Below are positions 38,646 to 40,186 of a stretch of DNA of 40,186 bases, one piece after another. Every line of letters begins with the position of its first letter. Position 1 is the first letter of the stretch. This stretch comes from Eledone cirrhosa (taxonomy: Eukaryota), in contig CAXHJY010000043.1 in NCBI GenBank assembly GCA_964016885.1, forward strand, positions 1-40,186, written 5' to 3'. The notes beneath the pieces were generated by a model. The model was not told the origin of the DNA and searched no databases. It saw only the letters and a program-made list of their open reading frames with translations. Both the position numbers and the translations under genes were made by a program.

Positions 38646-39320
38646 GTAGGAGGTGAGTTTTATTGTAGTACAATAAAGCAATGCAGATATCGGATAAGAA
38701 GCACTCAAACCCTAACTTCACATTATTTTTCTCAAATCCTTCAATACACAAACCTTAATAATTTTTTTTCTCTTCGTTAATTTTCAAATTTCCATAATAC
38801 TTATAAACACACACACTTTTTTGACGTTAGAATATTCATCCGCAATTCATTATTCTATTCTCTCTATCATCAAACTTTTTAATCTCAATACATATTAACT
38901 CCCTCTCCTTCTTCGTACATATTTTTCCCTTCGTTAATTTTCAAAATTCTTTTAATTCATACATTATCTTCCAACGGTTTTCAACCTCTCTATGTAAAAC
39001 AATATATCTTTCTCAGTTATAAAAACTATCTCTTTCTCTCTATCACCCATCTCTCCCTCTCCACCTTCACTCTCATCTCCTCCCCTTTTTTTCATCCCCC
39101 CCCCCTCTCTAAATAAAATATTTTTCCCAATATCACACATCAATCTAAAACTACTTCTCATATGTTGATTTAAAACTGCACTATCCACAAGTGTTGTTTA
39201 GCCTTCATATCATGTCCTCCTGTTTTATCTGATGAAAACACAAATATTATTGCATGATGATGTTTGTTTTTGAAATGCGCATAATAAAATACATGGAACT
39301 CCTTTAACCATCTTTTGATC
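38645..39320 (+). mobile_element. Probable decayed Penelope-like element remnant ending in an HHR
   Basis: Frame from 38817 reads FFDVRI..NSLFYSLYHQTF*SQYIL…LIHTLSSNGFQPLYVK, loosely like the PLE RT thumb (FLDV…YxKPT…NGYP); HHR downstream; (TA)n on both sides. Confidence 0.4.
39221..39291 (+). ncRNA. Type I hammerhead ribozyme
   Basis: UGUUUUAU-CUGAUGA-(long stem II incl. CAAAUAU/AUGUUUG)-GAAA-UGCGC AUA^-AUAAAAUA; 8-bp stem I, palindromic stem III AUGCGCAU; predicted cut after 39283. Confidence 0.8.
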
Positions 39321-39575
39321 TTATATATTATATATTATATATATATATATATATTATATATATATATATTATATATATATTATATATATATAGTATATAT
39401 ATATATATATTATATATATATATATATTATATATATATTATATATATATTATATATATATATTTATATATATATATATATAGATATATATATTATATATA
39501 TATATATATTATATATATATATATATATTATATATATATATATTATATATATATATATATTATATATATATATAT

Positions 39576-39614
<39 letters not shown>

Positions 39615-39831
39615 ATATATATATATATATTATATATATATATTATATATATATTATATATTATATAGATATTATATAGATATATTATATATATATTATA
39701 TTATATATATATATTATATTATATATATTATATTATATATATATTATATTATATATAATATTATATTATATATATATTATATTATATATATATTATATTT
39801 ATATATATATTATATTATATATATATTATAT

Positions 39832-39866
<35 letters not shown>

Positions 39867-39875
39867 ATATATATA

Positions 39876-40186
39876 CTAGCAGTAAAGCCCGGCGTTGCTC
39901 GGGGTCGCTCAGTAGCTGTGTTAAAGTTACAATGTTAAGTTTCTTTCTTGGCTTAAAAACTGTAGTGTCTACTGTGCAGACTTGCATGTGGTGTTTTTGA
40001 TTAATATTCCCTCAACCAACAATATGCCTTATGAAGTTAAGAAAACATAACGATAACCCGAATGTTATAACAAAAGAGGATGCTGGGGATAGAAACTGCA
40101 CTGGTTATTTATTAACAAAGATCGAAAATGTAAACACTGCAACGCAGAGAAAAACATTAGCGTAACCAAATTATCAGTTATGTCTG
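39876..40186 (-). mobile_element. Helitron 3' end, element runs off the window
   Basis: a|CTAGcagtaaag CCCGgcgttgctCGGG, similar to the end at 5437. Confidence 0.65.

Overview
Eukaryotic, very AT- and microsatellite-rich DNA; the SINE/LINE content points to an octopus (coleoid cephalopod) genome, which is inference. The window is the interior of one + strand multi-exon gene. I traced 13 GT-AG exons with continuous reading phase (2365 nt, ~788 codons) plus one candidate exon. They encode short N-terminal exons, then EGF, VWD(GDPH), C8, TIL/TILa-EGF, EGF, EGF and a second VWD(GDPH), i.e. a zonadhesin/IgGFc-binding-protein-like extracellular protein whose start and stop lie outside the window. 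The introns hold SINEs, RTE/CRE/CR1/Tx1 LINE fragments, a maT-like Tc1/mariner, a pogo-like remnant, a hAT MITE, Helitron ends and minisatellites. The standout is about 17 type I hammerhead ribozyme (HHR) motifs from several unrelated families, mostly in fold-back inserts embedded in (TA)n tracts. The best case is a 3.3-kb array of essentially identical 424-bp units, each with one minimal HHR (3 antisense, 5 sense) joined by a ~1.2-kb hairpin, resembling a Penelope-mobilised retrozyme. All folds were read by eye and none has been tested. Almost all long ORFs in the supplied track are microsatellite artefacts.
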